Assembly: GCF_000150275.1 (NCBI RefSeq)
Contig: NW_002060946.1
Span: forward strand, 5,351,454 to 5,415,453
DNA from: Trichoplax adhaerens
Lineage: Eukaryota; Animalia; Placozoa
Length of the DNA stretch: 64,000 nt
Direction of reading: 5' to 3'
The notes below the pieces were generated by a model, which did no database searches, was not told the DNA's origin, and worked only from the letters and a program-made list of their open reading frames with translations. Position 1 is the stretch's first letter. Every line of letters starts with the position of its first letter. Positions 27,312 to 39,698 of the stretch are shown one piece after another. Position numbers and translations under genes: made by a program.

Positions 27312-29847
27312 TTATTTACGACCTTTTTTAGAAGCAACACTAAGTAAATGTTCAATATCATTAGCAATTGCTTCAGTTCGAAAATTTCTACTGTAACGCT
27401 TATACGGTTTGCCATCTGCTGTAATCAAAAATTTTTCAAAATTCCAAGATATATCGCTACGTTTGACAGGTTTCCATATAATAAATTTTGGATCGCTCAT
27501 TAAACTATCCGCATCATCGCTTGGAGTAGGTAGCGATTCTTTCAAGAATTGAAATAGTGGATGAGCATTAGAACCGTTTACGTCACATTTGTCCATAACC
27601 ACACAATCAGGTTGATATCCACCACCTGGTCGAACATGCTTGAGTGAATGGAGAATTTCTTCCCCATTTAAATTTTCCTGATGGCCGAACTGATTGCACG
27701 GAAAAGCTAAAACAGCGAATCCATTTCCTTGATGAGCATATTTAGCTTGCAATTGGTTCATCTGTCAGATTATTAATACGATAACATAGATTAGAGAAAT
27801 ATCAATGCATGGTATCGATAATTAATCTATCAAAGTAGCAGCCCGTAAAAAAATATGATGCCAACACAATCAAATTTCCTGAAAGTGTTGTTTGTCGAAC
27901 TAAAATTGACATCGCATTCACTGTATCCGATAAGCTTTGTCAAGTATTATTAATCGTAGTTGCACCACAATTTGATAAATCAATCACGAAACACCTAATG
28001 TAATTGTCGATATTGAATTTGATCTCTAACAGTCTCCAATTTACTCGTATATCTATTTTTTCAAGAGAACTTAAAGTCATGGTTTAAGAAATTTGCAGGG
28101 CTTTCCCAACCTCTAGCCCTTCCTAACTATAGTTTATAATTTTTTATCCATTTTTAATAGTCTAGACGTTGCTCATTCATTGTTTTGCAACTTTCAATGG
28201 CACTTCCATAGTAAAATGTAAATTTAATATGAAATCTGCCCAGTGCCCATGAATCAACATACATATACCAGATTGTGTATGAGAGACTCGGGAAAAATAA
28301 TTAAATCGAAATCGTGATTCGGGTATTGTTGAAAATGTCAAGATCTGTAAAATCATCATAAACTAACATAATGACGGATTCCAGAGAATTAAAAGTAGCT
28401 AACGGTTATCTATATTACAATTTAACCAAGTGTCTATTCAAGAAATCGATCGGAGTAACTCAACGATATATAGGGTAGTCGAAAGTTATCGCCATGCAGT
28501 ACTTTTTCCCCTTAAAATTGGATAAACAGCAACTATTCAGATAGAAGACAAACAATGAATTATAGCCCAGTAAGTGCAAAGAAAACTTTTGAAATGTGAA
28601 ATGCTTTAAGAGTAACAATTACTAATTATTCAATAACGCATTTGGACACAATACTTTCAAGAATGAAATATTCCATTGGATGTTTCCTTCATACATATTT
28701 TAAATATTTTATAATAAGATTGTCTAGAGTCAATTTTGAATCATTTAAAATGTTGGAACTTGGAATTTGTAGTCATCAGTCACGTAGCAGCACAATGAGC
28801 TCATAAACGTTCAATTCGTTATCTAAAAATAATTACTTTAAAAACTAGGGTAAAATTCGCTGCAATAATATGCTGAGTCGTAATATGATCTATTCTTGTT
28901 GTACTGTAATTGCAATATTGGATGCAATAGATGATCGATCTTTGAGTCTAATTGACTAGTTGTACAGTTACAAAACGACAGGCAAGTACATTCATCCTGA
29001 TCAATCTCCTTTTCATGATACAGTCTATGCGTAAAGCAGTAGTCAGGTTACTCGGGGATAGATCTATTTCTAAAGATAGGGATAGACATTGGATCGTCGA
29101 TAACGTCTACTGCTGCAATTTATGACTATTATTGATCAGCGAATTAACTTAATGAGCCATCAAATAATTCCATTTTTAATAGTTGCCGTACTGAATCACA
29201 TTGTCATTGAAGTAATTTTACACAGCAGCAAGGAAAGTGTACGATTGCAGGAGTAAGAGTTATCCTAATCGTTTCTATAGTATCGATCAAGTGTGGCCGA
29301 TCGATGTCATCTATCGACGTAGAACGATAACTATTGATTTCAAGATTTGTACCTAGTATTTTAGTTTGTCTATCATTAATCGAATCGAATTGGACACAAC
29401 ATCAAAGCTAATCCAAGATTGAAGCAGTCATTAGATTTATTTCTCTTGATCGGCAGTCTAGTCTATCAATGCAATCCGTCTTATAAATGCAAAGCTACTA
29501 AAGGGAGATCGATTGCCGTATCATAGCACTCTCGATCATTTCACATCCAACTAATCGTTCATCCCTCTACACACATCCATCAACTACTTCAATAAGTGGC
29601 ACTTAAATACGGTAGTTACTGGTACAACCATTAACGTAGATCTCCATGATATAGATTGCCTAAGATAATTCAATAGATAGAATGATCATACCTCCAGGAA
29701 ATCGCGAGTGGTTGTACCTCATGCTGAAGCAGTATTTTCGATCAGGACAACTTTGTTGCGAAATTTAGCCAAAGGAAGTTGTTCACCAGACAAAGTCTTG
29801 GCCGTCAAGTCATACAATGACTTGATGACTTTGCCGTTGCTGGACAT
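27312..29847 (-). CDS. GPX1: Selenocysteine glutathione peroxidase (GPx1/2-like), 2 exons, ~201 aa
   Basis: Exon 1 is 29692-29847 ([52 protein letters not shown]; TGA at 29719-29721). Phase-0 GT-AG intron 27762-29691. Exon 2 is 27312-27761 with [11 protein letters not shown] and SWNFEKFL. An in-frame upstream ATG lies at 29874. The specific paralog assignment is tentative. Confidence 0.96.
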
Positions 29848-32800
29848 TCTGCGAATGATAATGGAGCTATTCATTTTAGCCACCCTTAATAAATACACCG
29901 TGGCAGTGATTGCAATCTGTGCAGTTGTTCGCTATTTGGTTTCCAAGAGATGTTGTTCTAAACGCCAATGGTTACTAACGTGGTTAATAATTAATTCCTC
30001 TTGTCAAATACGCTTACGCTAGCCACTGAACCAGGGTGTAGTAACTAGTACTAATACTGGACAATAGTCCATGTTGCGTAAACATCATCAAGAAAGGATA
30101 TAGAATGGTCTACGATTGCTAATTGTTCTGATTAATTAATTTAACCTTGGCCAAATCAATGTTTTGTTACGTTGATGCAATCGTCACTATCGCCAATAAA
30201 CTATTTGTATAAGGTATACTCTACTCTACGGTAACGCTATCTAGTTCTAATGTCGTATAAGTTGCAGTCTAAAATGAGAGAACTGGCCTACAAGGCTACT
30301 TTGGCTGTTGTCGAACATCTGCATCACAGATATAGCATATAACAGCTCATTGTCGACCGGTTTGTTAATAAAATTATACTAGTATACAACCTGATCGCGT
30401 ACACTATCATGCTGACAACGATAATTAATGTTAGATTAGAATACACGTATGATGATGTGTTTAGCAGAGTAATTAGCAAACTACGTGAGAAGTAAGAGAG
30501 GACTTGATCATGGCTATGCATGCTTGGATTTTAGCCGGCTCTCCGCGGACCACAGAAGCTTTCGTCGTATAAATTACGCAGACTAAAAGTATTCTAAGAC
30601 AATTCAATCTTTGACAGCATTTACAAGAGAATAAGGAGTAGAAGATGAGTTTTTATTATAGGATTGTACATCGATATTGAGAAGAAATTATGTAACAGTA
30701 ATGAATACATATCCCGTTATTTAGTTTAGTATAGAAATGAGATTAAACTAAAAGAATAACTTGTAATTGTTTCAGCCATTCTTTGGTTTAGTCTCTTCCT
30801 ATTAAAATTTTTTTTTAAATGAATTAATAATGTAACAGCTTCTGGCATAGAACAACACTTTAATATAATAAAGTATTCTTTCGGCTACATTATATGTTAG
30901 CACTAAATCAGTCAATGTAAGATTTCATAAAAATACTATTCAAAGTAGACCATGTTAGTGACTGCCAGGGGTCGCCAGTATATGAAATTCTGTCATAGAA
31001 TCCATATTAAAAGGGTAGGAGGGAGTAGATGAATTCCAACACCTTTCTCTGATACAAGTAGTATGTTTGAAATTTTACCGTGCTGGTCAAAAGTGGAGTT
31101 ATCCTGGTAATAAGACAATTATGTTGTATGTAGAATTCGAGCGTTATGATCAGGACACTGGAATGACATTGGTTTGATACTATATAGTACAACTAGAAGT
31201 GTCATATCATTTTTCATGTAGCAAACATGCTACTATTGCCCTATATTTCTCTAGATGTAGTCTAAATTGAAGATGATATATCAAGAATGTCATTAAGCGA
31301 AATAATTACAGAAACTCTTTTGTAGGGATCGAGGGATTAATTATCACCAGGCTTGTAGATCCGTCTGTAAAGTTTGTAATATGTACATGTAACAGTTAGA
31401 TGTATTAGCCGATGTAATGTAAGCAAAGTGTAGATTGTAAAGTTTGAGTAATTCTTGCAAGTATATAAGAGATGCCTTAATTAGCAAAGCAAACTTCAAT
31501 ATCCATTACGGACTAGTATGTGAGAATTAATACATTCAAACTAGTCAGCAGGACCATAACACCGTCAATATAGCCAATTTATTAACTGTAAGTCAAAATT
31601 AGAAGTTGCCAACGGGTAACTGTACACAAAACTAAACCGAAGCAGATATCTTTAACAACGAGTAACTAGATCAAATCTACGATCAAAATCTCTACGATCT
31701 TCCCAGCTCTCTCCCTCTGTAGCTTAGCTTGCACGGCCTTGAATACTATCTATTTTATACAGTCCTACTAAAGGACTAGTTACTAAATTTAAGACAATTA
31801 CACTATTTTGGTAATTAATAGTAACGCCATGCATTGCATCATCAATAAATACTTTAACATGAATGTAACACGCATTAATATCACTTTGACTTTAATGAAT
31901 TAATGAATTAGTAGTACTGCAAAGCGCTGTATTTCTAAATAGCCGTGAAGGAATAATTAAGTATGCAAAAATCGATACATGTATCTGATCCAATGTTTAC
32001 CAAGGCTCAAATTCTTCCTTGCTAAGTCAATAAACTCGGTCCATCATGATGCATTCTGTATCAATTTAATATCTCGGATTGAGAATAACCGGTCAAACAA
32101 GTTCTACGCAAAAATTAAGAACAAACAACAATATCTAACATAACTTCTTTCAGCTAAAAATGAGGGCGTATAATATAATCAGCAATTCTATTCTCATTCT
32201 AATATTTTATATCTATATTCATATACCCCACTTATATTGTTTTAAAATTGATCAGTGATACGATGGATCAAATATTCATGGTAATTAATATATGAATACA
32301 TACAATTTGAGTATTCATATTAACAATTATTTCGAGAGAACAAGATGGAAGCTTTTTTTAAATCCTTGAACTGTTTATAGAGAATCATGATTGAACTAAT
32401 GCTTATGGAGTAGCTCACTACGCAATTAAAGTGATGATACTAAAGTATATTTTATTAGACAGCGACTAAGGCATTACCACAGTTCCGTCATAGTAGATAT
32501 GTAATACTATGATAAAATGTAATAGTACTAAGTCATAAGTATTTTCCATCAATAAAGTGATTCTTAATTACCGTATGATGTAATACATGTGAAGAATTCC
32601 TTTAATTAGCCAAGTCTTTTATGATTAAGTTTTAGCCTCAATACTAAGAATAATATACCATTCCAATAAGCTGGAAAATATATTTTAGCATCGTGTCTTG
32701 GTAGAACAGAAATTCTACAGTAGCTCTGATAGCTGCTGTGAATATACGACCTAGATAAGATTCGATGATAGTTACAAATTAGAATAGGCTTGGATGAACC

Positions 32801-34723
32801 AATAAGCAAAATAGGCCTATTTTAAAGTACAGTGGAAAAAACGGGGAACGATAGAGTTTAGTTTACCATGGCGTACTGGAACTAATACACGTGTATAAAA
32901 AATATAAGAATATATTACCACGGATAATAAGCCAAGCAAGTAGGGAGCTTTTAATAAAGGTTGAAATGCTTGATTTTGACACAAAGAATCTGTTCATCAC
33001 AAACCTTTACAGCACTATTTTAGCATCAATTAGGCACAATTGACTTCTATAAGACATATCTTAATTTGCCATCAACAGCCACTTTAATAGATATGCCATA
33101 TCAAATGAAATATCTTAATGCCAGTATATCCATTGACCAATTTCATGTAAACTAATCAGCTGCCATGTACTAAATAACATTATCCTTGAGTTATGATACT
33201 GCATTATATCTGAATCTGTACTTAGAGCACATGACTATTGTTGTAATAAGGGTCATAAATCTATAAAATTTACTTATCATATCCAGGTAAACGCACATCA
33301 TCGGGTAAGAATCCTCTAAATATCCCCAAATTTGTGCCTATGATATTACGAAGGCTAAGAAAAAAGGATTGGATCCATCTATGTTCTAAGTTGACACTTA
33401 GGAACACTTGCAGGGTTATCAATGACGCGGTAGATTGCTTTTATGCCGTATAGAGACATGTTTGCACTACCTGCATGTTATGTTCGTAGTTCATTCTTTT
33501 GATTTTTAAATTATCCGTATCACTTTATCAATCAAAAAAAAGTGATTCTCTCCTACAACTAATCCCCTATTTTTTTTCAACAATAATTCTATATGAATCA
33601 TTCGCAAAATTACCGCATGATAAATTAAATATACCCTACCATTAAGTTATCGACCTCTTTATTCTGCCTGATTAGCAATTATGCCTCTACTTACCAGATG
33701 GTATTAATCACTTAAGTAGTGTAGCTTAATTTTCATGTCTGTCTAGTAAATTGCTTTAAATAAGAAAGACATTTTCCCCGTACTATAACTTCCGTATACA
33801 GTAGACACATTACATCTCTTAAAATTAGTTATAGCCCTGAATTTTATATACCTTAGATCAAAATAGCTACAATTGTTAGCAAGTTACCAGTTCTAGGGAT
33901 AAATACATTATAAATTTTAAATTTTAATCATCGATTTCAGTATAGAATATGATAAAGTTTCGTAATTCATGGTCTTATCCCTTCCATTTTCCTTTGGTTT
34001 GATAGTAAAATTTATTGAGAAAACAATTATTTAAACTGGAATATTCCACTCGTTAGGCGGAGTTACAATGTATGAAGCACAGTACTGCGTAAACTACCGT
34101 TCACTTACGATCGATGGAAAATCTCATAAATTTTTGATAAATTTTAAAATTTTCTAAAAGTCGCAAAAATTGATATCCTATTTCTTAACAGAATTTTTAA
34201 ATGCAATGCCGTTATGCTCTTTATTTATAACAGAAAATCAATTTTGAAATTTCAATGTTATAACTTAGACACATGATTCCTTTAATACGGCAATGAGAAT
34301 ATTTAAGTGCGATCCAAGGATTATTAGGCAATGCTATAGGATAATATAAAGTTAACTTATGGTGCTAAAATATGATCTTTTAACGTAATCTAACCAATTA
34401 TTACTACCTCAATACTAATCTAAAATTTAATGATTAATTCTGTGTTGTACTATAGCTTAACTTAAACTAAAACCAGCTACGAGGAGAATTCTAATTATTT
34501 CCTTACTGTAGCCATAATTTATGATACCATAGTCCACAATTCAAAGTAAGAATAAAACTAGAAAATAACTTAAATAGTAACATTCAATATTATACCAATC
34601 CTAAAATTAAAATGCAAGCTGTCAATATCTTGGATCCGTAGTTACTCCTATAGATTGTTGATTTTTTAGTAAAATATTCTTTTCAACCTTTGTAAAGTTG
34701 TATGATCGCATAAAAAATCGACC

Positions 34724-35941
34724 TTAGCGTCGGAGGGTAACAGATATTTCACTTGGCTTTTCATTAGTCACAGTAACTGTTTTCTCAACAGGTTCGTATC
34801 CTTCGGCTTCAACTCGAATAGTATATGTTCCAGGTAATAGGATTCGCCAGAAATCGCCATCTTTGGCGGTTGTAACGGTTTTACGATCTTCGATCATAAT
34901 TCTAGCATTAGGTATACCTGATCCCTTTTCATCTCTCACAACACCTTTAACACCGCGATGAGCTTGCTTCAAAAAATTAAGCATCGCATATTTGTTGTCT
35001 TCCCAAAAGCTTCTTATCTCTTTAGCTAGAGGATATTTGACACAGCTTAATTCTAATGTGATTTCAAAACAGTTTGAACGTTTATAATTGAAATCTTGCA
35101 TGCCGCCATTGACCGGATACCAATTAGCGCCATTTGTAATGCCATCTTTGAAACTTTCCCCATCACGTTGATGTGGACATGCTGGTCCACTTTTAGCCAT
35201 TCTGCGATGTGTAAGAGAATAAGATTTAGATATAAAACGGAATACATCATCGTCGTTTGTTGCAGAATAACGTCTAACTGATCCAGGATTAGTATCATAT
35301 GGGTAATTGGCAACTAAACTTCCACCGTGAAGATTTGCAGAAATAACAAATGGGGAACGGACAATCCAATTCATCAACGCTCGTGTTTCTGGTTCTGCAT
35401 TTTTAGAGCTTTCTTCTGCAGTTCTACCGTAACGATAGACAAAATCAGGAAAGTTACGATTTAAGTCGATATTATTAGCATTACGACGTCCTCGTACTCC
35501 TTGGGCATCGCCTTCAATAGCTCGTTCATAACCATCAGGATTCATTGAAGGTAATAAATGAATTCTAGTATTATCGATGAATCGACGGATTTCAGCATCT
35601 TTTTCATAATTTTTACATAGGTAACGGCTAAGATGCAAGATCAATTCCCGACCAATAACCTCATTACCATGCATATTACCTACGTATTTTACCTCTGGTT
35701 CGCCAACTTCATGAATTCCTGGATTATCAGAAATTTCGAGAACCATTAACGATCTGCCTTGAACTGATTTTCCAATACTATACATCCTGGTAATATGAGG
35801 GTAATCACTACGAACTTTCTCCATAAAGGCAATCATGGCGTCGTAATTATGATGAACGAAATCATTAGAACTGGAACTGGCAACTGACGCAGAGTAAGCC
35901 GCAGTTATAAGTAAGAAGCAAATTTGAAATACTTTCCACAT
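34724..35941 (-). CDS. Secreted metallocarboxypeptidase, M14B (carboxypeptidase E/D/N-like), 405 aa, intronless CDS
   Basis: Signal peptide MWKVFQICFLLITAAYSA; GNMHGNE (Zn ligands), DLNRNFPD, SANLHGG, ITLELSC (catalytic Glu); C-terminal transthyretin-like domain (RGVKGVVRD...GDFWRILLPGTY). No TM or GPI tail is visible. Confidence 0.96.
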   Translation of the reverse strand: MWKVFQICFLLITAAYSASVASSSSNDFVHHNYDAMIAFMEKVRSDYPHITRMYSIGKSVQGRSLMVLEISDNPGIHEVGEPEVKYVGNMHGNEVIGRELILHLSRYLCKNYEKDAEIRRFIDNTRIHLLPSMNPDGYERAIEGDAQGVRGRRNANNIDLNRNFPDFVYRYGRTAEESSKNAEPETRALMNWIVRSPFVISANLHGGSLVANYPYDTNPGSVRRYSATNDDDVFRFISKSYSLTHRRMAKSGPACPHQRDGESFKDGITNGANWYPVNGGMQDFNYKRSNCFEITLELSCVKYPLAKEIRSFWEDNKYAMLNFLKQAHRGVKGVVRDEKGSGIPNARIMIEDRKTVTTAKDGDFWRILLPGTYTIRVEAEGYEPVEKTVTVTNEKPSEISVTLRR

Positions 35942-35977
35942 CTTAGTATTTTGAATTATAACAGTTGTCAGGAATTC

Positions 35978-38900
35978 CTAAGAAAAGTGTAAGTTGAAGC
36001 TAATTAGAAGTATTTCTAAACAAATAAAAAGTAGTAATATTTTTAGGGCTACCCTACGTACGAATAGCGTCAATTCTCTTATCACAATAACTTTAAATTA
36101 GGCAGCGTTGGCTAATAAAAGGGCCAACAAAGTACCGAACCAAATGAACGTTCTTCAAATTCACCCACTAGTAAAAAAAATATATCGAAAGATAAAACAG
36201 ATAAAACTATAAGGAAAAATAGTTGCGATCAAGATAATAATAATAATCAATAATTGATAAACTTATTTATAAGGAAGTGAATCATAAATCGAGTTATAAA
36301 TAGAATTTCTATCGGCCACATCAATACAAAATAAGGGGGTTGTTTATGAGAGAGATTTAGATATATAAATTTATACAGTGTAGGCTACTATAAATACTCA
36401 CTAATCAGCTTTAACAATACTGAATGAATATGATATAACTAGATGCACCTGTCATCTATTTCAACATCAATATTTTATTGTATAATGATTAGTGGATTAA
36501 GTATCGCCATTTATAAATGCAAGATCGGTCTATAATAAGTTAAATATTATCTGTGATAGCTATTCTTTCTCGTCAATCATCTCCTTATTGTAGGATGGAT
36601 TGAAGAGAATTTTGAATGAATAATTCTTATTAGATACGCTAAATCATGATAGTAATAGAAACAAATAATTTCAGTCAGAATATAAAATATAAATTACAGT
36701 TATCACTTAAGTAAAGTAAACTATCCACGATGGTGAATGTATTTTGAAATAATGCTGGTCATAGGCTCATATTTAAAAATTAAAGGAAAAAAAATATTAA
36801 AATAATAGATTAAAAGGCAATTTAATGTGTACTTCTTTCGTTAAAATGAGCTCAGTATATGCTGTTGCTAGACAATTTAAAGCCTAACTTACGGAAAGAC
36901 ACATATTCGATCTAGCTTAGAGTTATTAGCGTTAAATAAATATTCAGTAACAATCTGACTTAGCTACAATTCAATCTAGGATGCCTCGCAGTCATTTCTA
37001 TTAGCTATAAATAAATTTTTAGCGTAAACATGTATAATACTTTAGCTATCTAACATTAAAGCTAATATTACTGTAATTAATAGAATGTAGGCGTAGATAA
37101 TTCTTAACTGCAGTTATTGTTCAATCTATGTAATGAAACTAACGATAGAAATTATTAGCCATTAAAGAGAGAGAGAAATGAAAATTTTTTGCTCCATCTA
37201 TCGAACAGTTAGTTAGTTACCAGACCATGGACGAATAAGTATTCAAAACTAATGAAATAAAGAGGCCATGTACTGCTGTTAAAGTATCTGCTCTCTATGT
37301 AGTTGTAACTATTCTAAATTTATTGCATCTGTAAGGAGTCTAACTAAATCAGATCATAAGGATGAGATCAATAAAAATAAATTAAGCTCTACTACAGCCA
37401 CTCCCTTATTAATTACGACAATATCAATTAGAGTCGATAATTTGATACATGTCTTAATCCTAGTAGCGTCATATTCGTAGACTTGAAGTATTAATGATTA
37501 CTCAATTCTCACATTGCACATATCAGCGTTCATCTTTCTTAATAACTGTAAATTATTCCTCATTTAATGTTACTAACTGTGCGATCGTAAAAATATCTAT
37601 TTATGACTAACTTCATCCATGATTGAATATAGCTATTCATTATAGTACCGGTAACAACATTAACCCCATCTATGATTGAATATAGCTGTTTAGTACAGAA
37701 TCGTTAGTATTGCAATTTCGGTTGATTCGGTATCAAGCCTTCTTATTAATCATAAATTCATCAATTTTGATCATATAAAATGCTATCAGCGAATGATATA
37801 TCACGCAGCACGGAAAAATTACAGTGGTAATAGGTGAATTACTAATTTGCAGCCCAATTCATCACTACAATAAGCTTGATAACCGACAAATACAGTACTC
37901 GTAAATTTACCTTTAGCATGATTCTGGAAGAGACATTTTGAACTGATAAAATGCGTGAAATGCTTAACTGGTTTTCAATTATAATATTAGTTCTACAGCT
38001 ATTTAATCTTCTATTATGAAATTTTAACTAGCTATAGCGAAGAATGAAGTCTAATTGCCGGCAATACGATAAAATCAATACGCATTTGACTGTGTTTTTC
38101 CCTATTTTTCCATGTCCAAATCAACTCCATGTTAAAGCAAATATTAGATGATATCCTAATCCGTCATTGGGCAATAAGGACTACTATTGACATATTGGAA
38201 GAGCGATAGATGGACGGACTACATCATTAATGTCCAATTCAATAGGATGGCAAAATATATTTAAAGCATAGTAGAAAATATATTCTGAGACAGACATTAT
38301 TGACTATTCAGCATCTTAAACAGCTCATAGTCAACATGAATTATTATAGAAAGAATAGAGGGAACTTTAAATATTGATTTCTTATACTAATGCTGCCGAA
38401 AATGCATAATACTATTTTCTGTTAATAACTTAAACCTTTTCCACTCCTACCATAACTTATAATATGGCTACAACATTTTCCATGGATATCATTTTCTCCA
38501 GAATTGTTGACTTTAGAAGCAAGTTGATTCAAATGATGCGAAAGAAAGGTAAATGTGACGATGTTTACGAAATCTTCAACGATAGGAAAAATGATCGTGA
38601 AAAATTATTCCGATCATTCTTGATGGCATACAGGACACTACTTAGTAGATATGTCTGACGAAAATATGGCAATTCTATCTAGCCTATTATTGTCTATCAT
38701 GACAGTAAAAAAGTTAATGGACTTATTCCTCTTTCTTAATCTACTTGAGAAACAAATAAGACCAGGAAAAAGTCATTAATTAAAATGGCCGTAATCATAA
38801 GAGTAAATCTTCTACGGGGCAATTATAGGTTTGTTGCCTTTCGCTCGTTCGTGTGTTTAAGTATACTGTATAAGGGAAGTCTCAAACTATGCCAATGTAT

Positions 38901-39698
38901 GGAAAGGGTGAGAAACCGCCAACATCCTTTAGTAGAAGTTAATAATTTTCTTACAGTAGCGATGTTTTATCAAACTATATTCATACTAATCATTACGTGA
39001 GAAAGAGAATGTACGCGTATAAATATAAATTGACGAGAAAAGAAAACGAAAAAGGAAAATGCTACCAAGCTAATAACTATTCCTATCAAGGATAAAAACT
39101 GAACTGAAGATTTAAATAATCATTTCCTTGGGGATTGCCTATTTATCACAAAGCGTACACAGTAGAGAGGAATAAAGTCTTATCCTTAAATCGCCAAAGG
39201 GTCATAAAAAAATAAAATCTACAGAACAGATATACAGTACAGTAGTGATCCTAACTACTGTCTTAAATCTGTTAGTGAAAGGATCTCCAAAATAGATACA
39301 CAACTTAAAAATAAGATAAAACCCCATAGAGTAAATCAGTAAAATTACGATTTCTATCGAGATATTTAAGAATATCGTGCACTTCTGTGATTTAACGGTT
39401 GCATTAGCAAAAAACTACTACGACTGTATTTCTTGCACTTAAAATGTCATCAAATCAATTTCGCACCATCTATTACAGTTATCCACGAATAAAACTGCCT
39501 AGAGTAAATCAGTAAAATGACGATTTCTATCGAGATATTAATAGAAATCGTGAACATGTATGATTTAACGGCTATATTATTCCCCAAAAGACTACTATGA
39601 CAATTTTTCTTGAACTTAAATCTCATCAAATCAATTTCTTGCTATCGATCATCGTTCTCCACTAATTCTAAAGCTAAAAGTTATCCTTATAAACTTAC
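35978..39698 (-). other. Probable 5' UTR intron of the carboxypeptidase gene
   Basis: Strong acceptor CTTACACTTTTCTTAG 36 nt upstream of the ATG. Candidate donor AG|GTAAGT at 39698; the pairing of the two sites is inferred. Confidence 0.45.
39327..39665. repeat. Diverged tandem duplication, ~173 bp x2
   Basis: TAGAGTAAATCAGTAAAAT.ACGATTTCTATCGAGATATT at 39327 and 39500. Confidence 0.9.

Noticed and set aside
29708-30022. 104-aa plus-strand ORF
   Set aside because: Antisense to GPx exon 1, with a non-ATG start.
35053-35313. Short ORFs inside the carboxypeptidase CDS
   Set aside because: Alternative-frame or antisense shadows.
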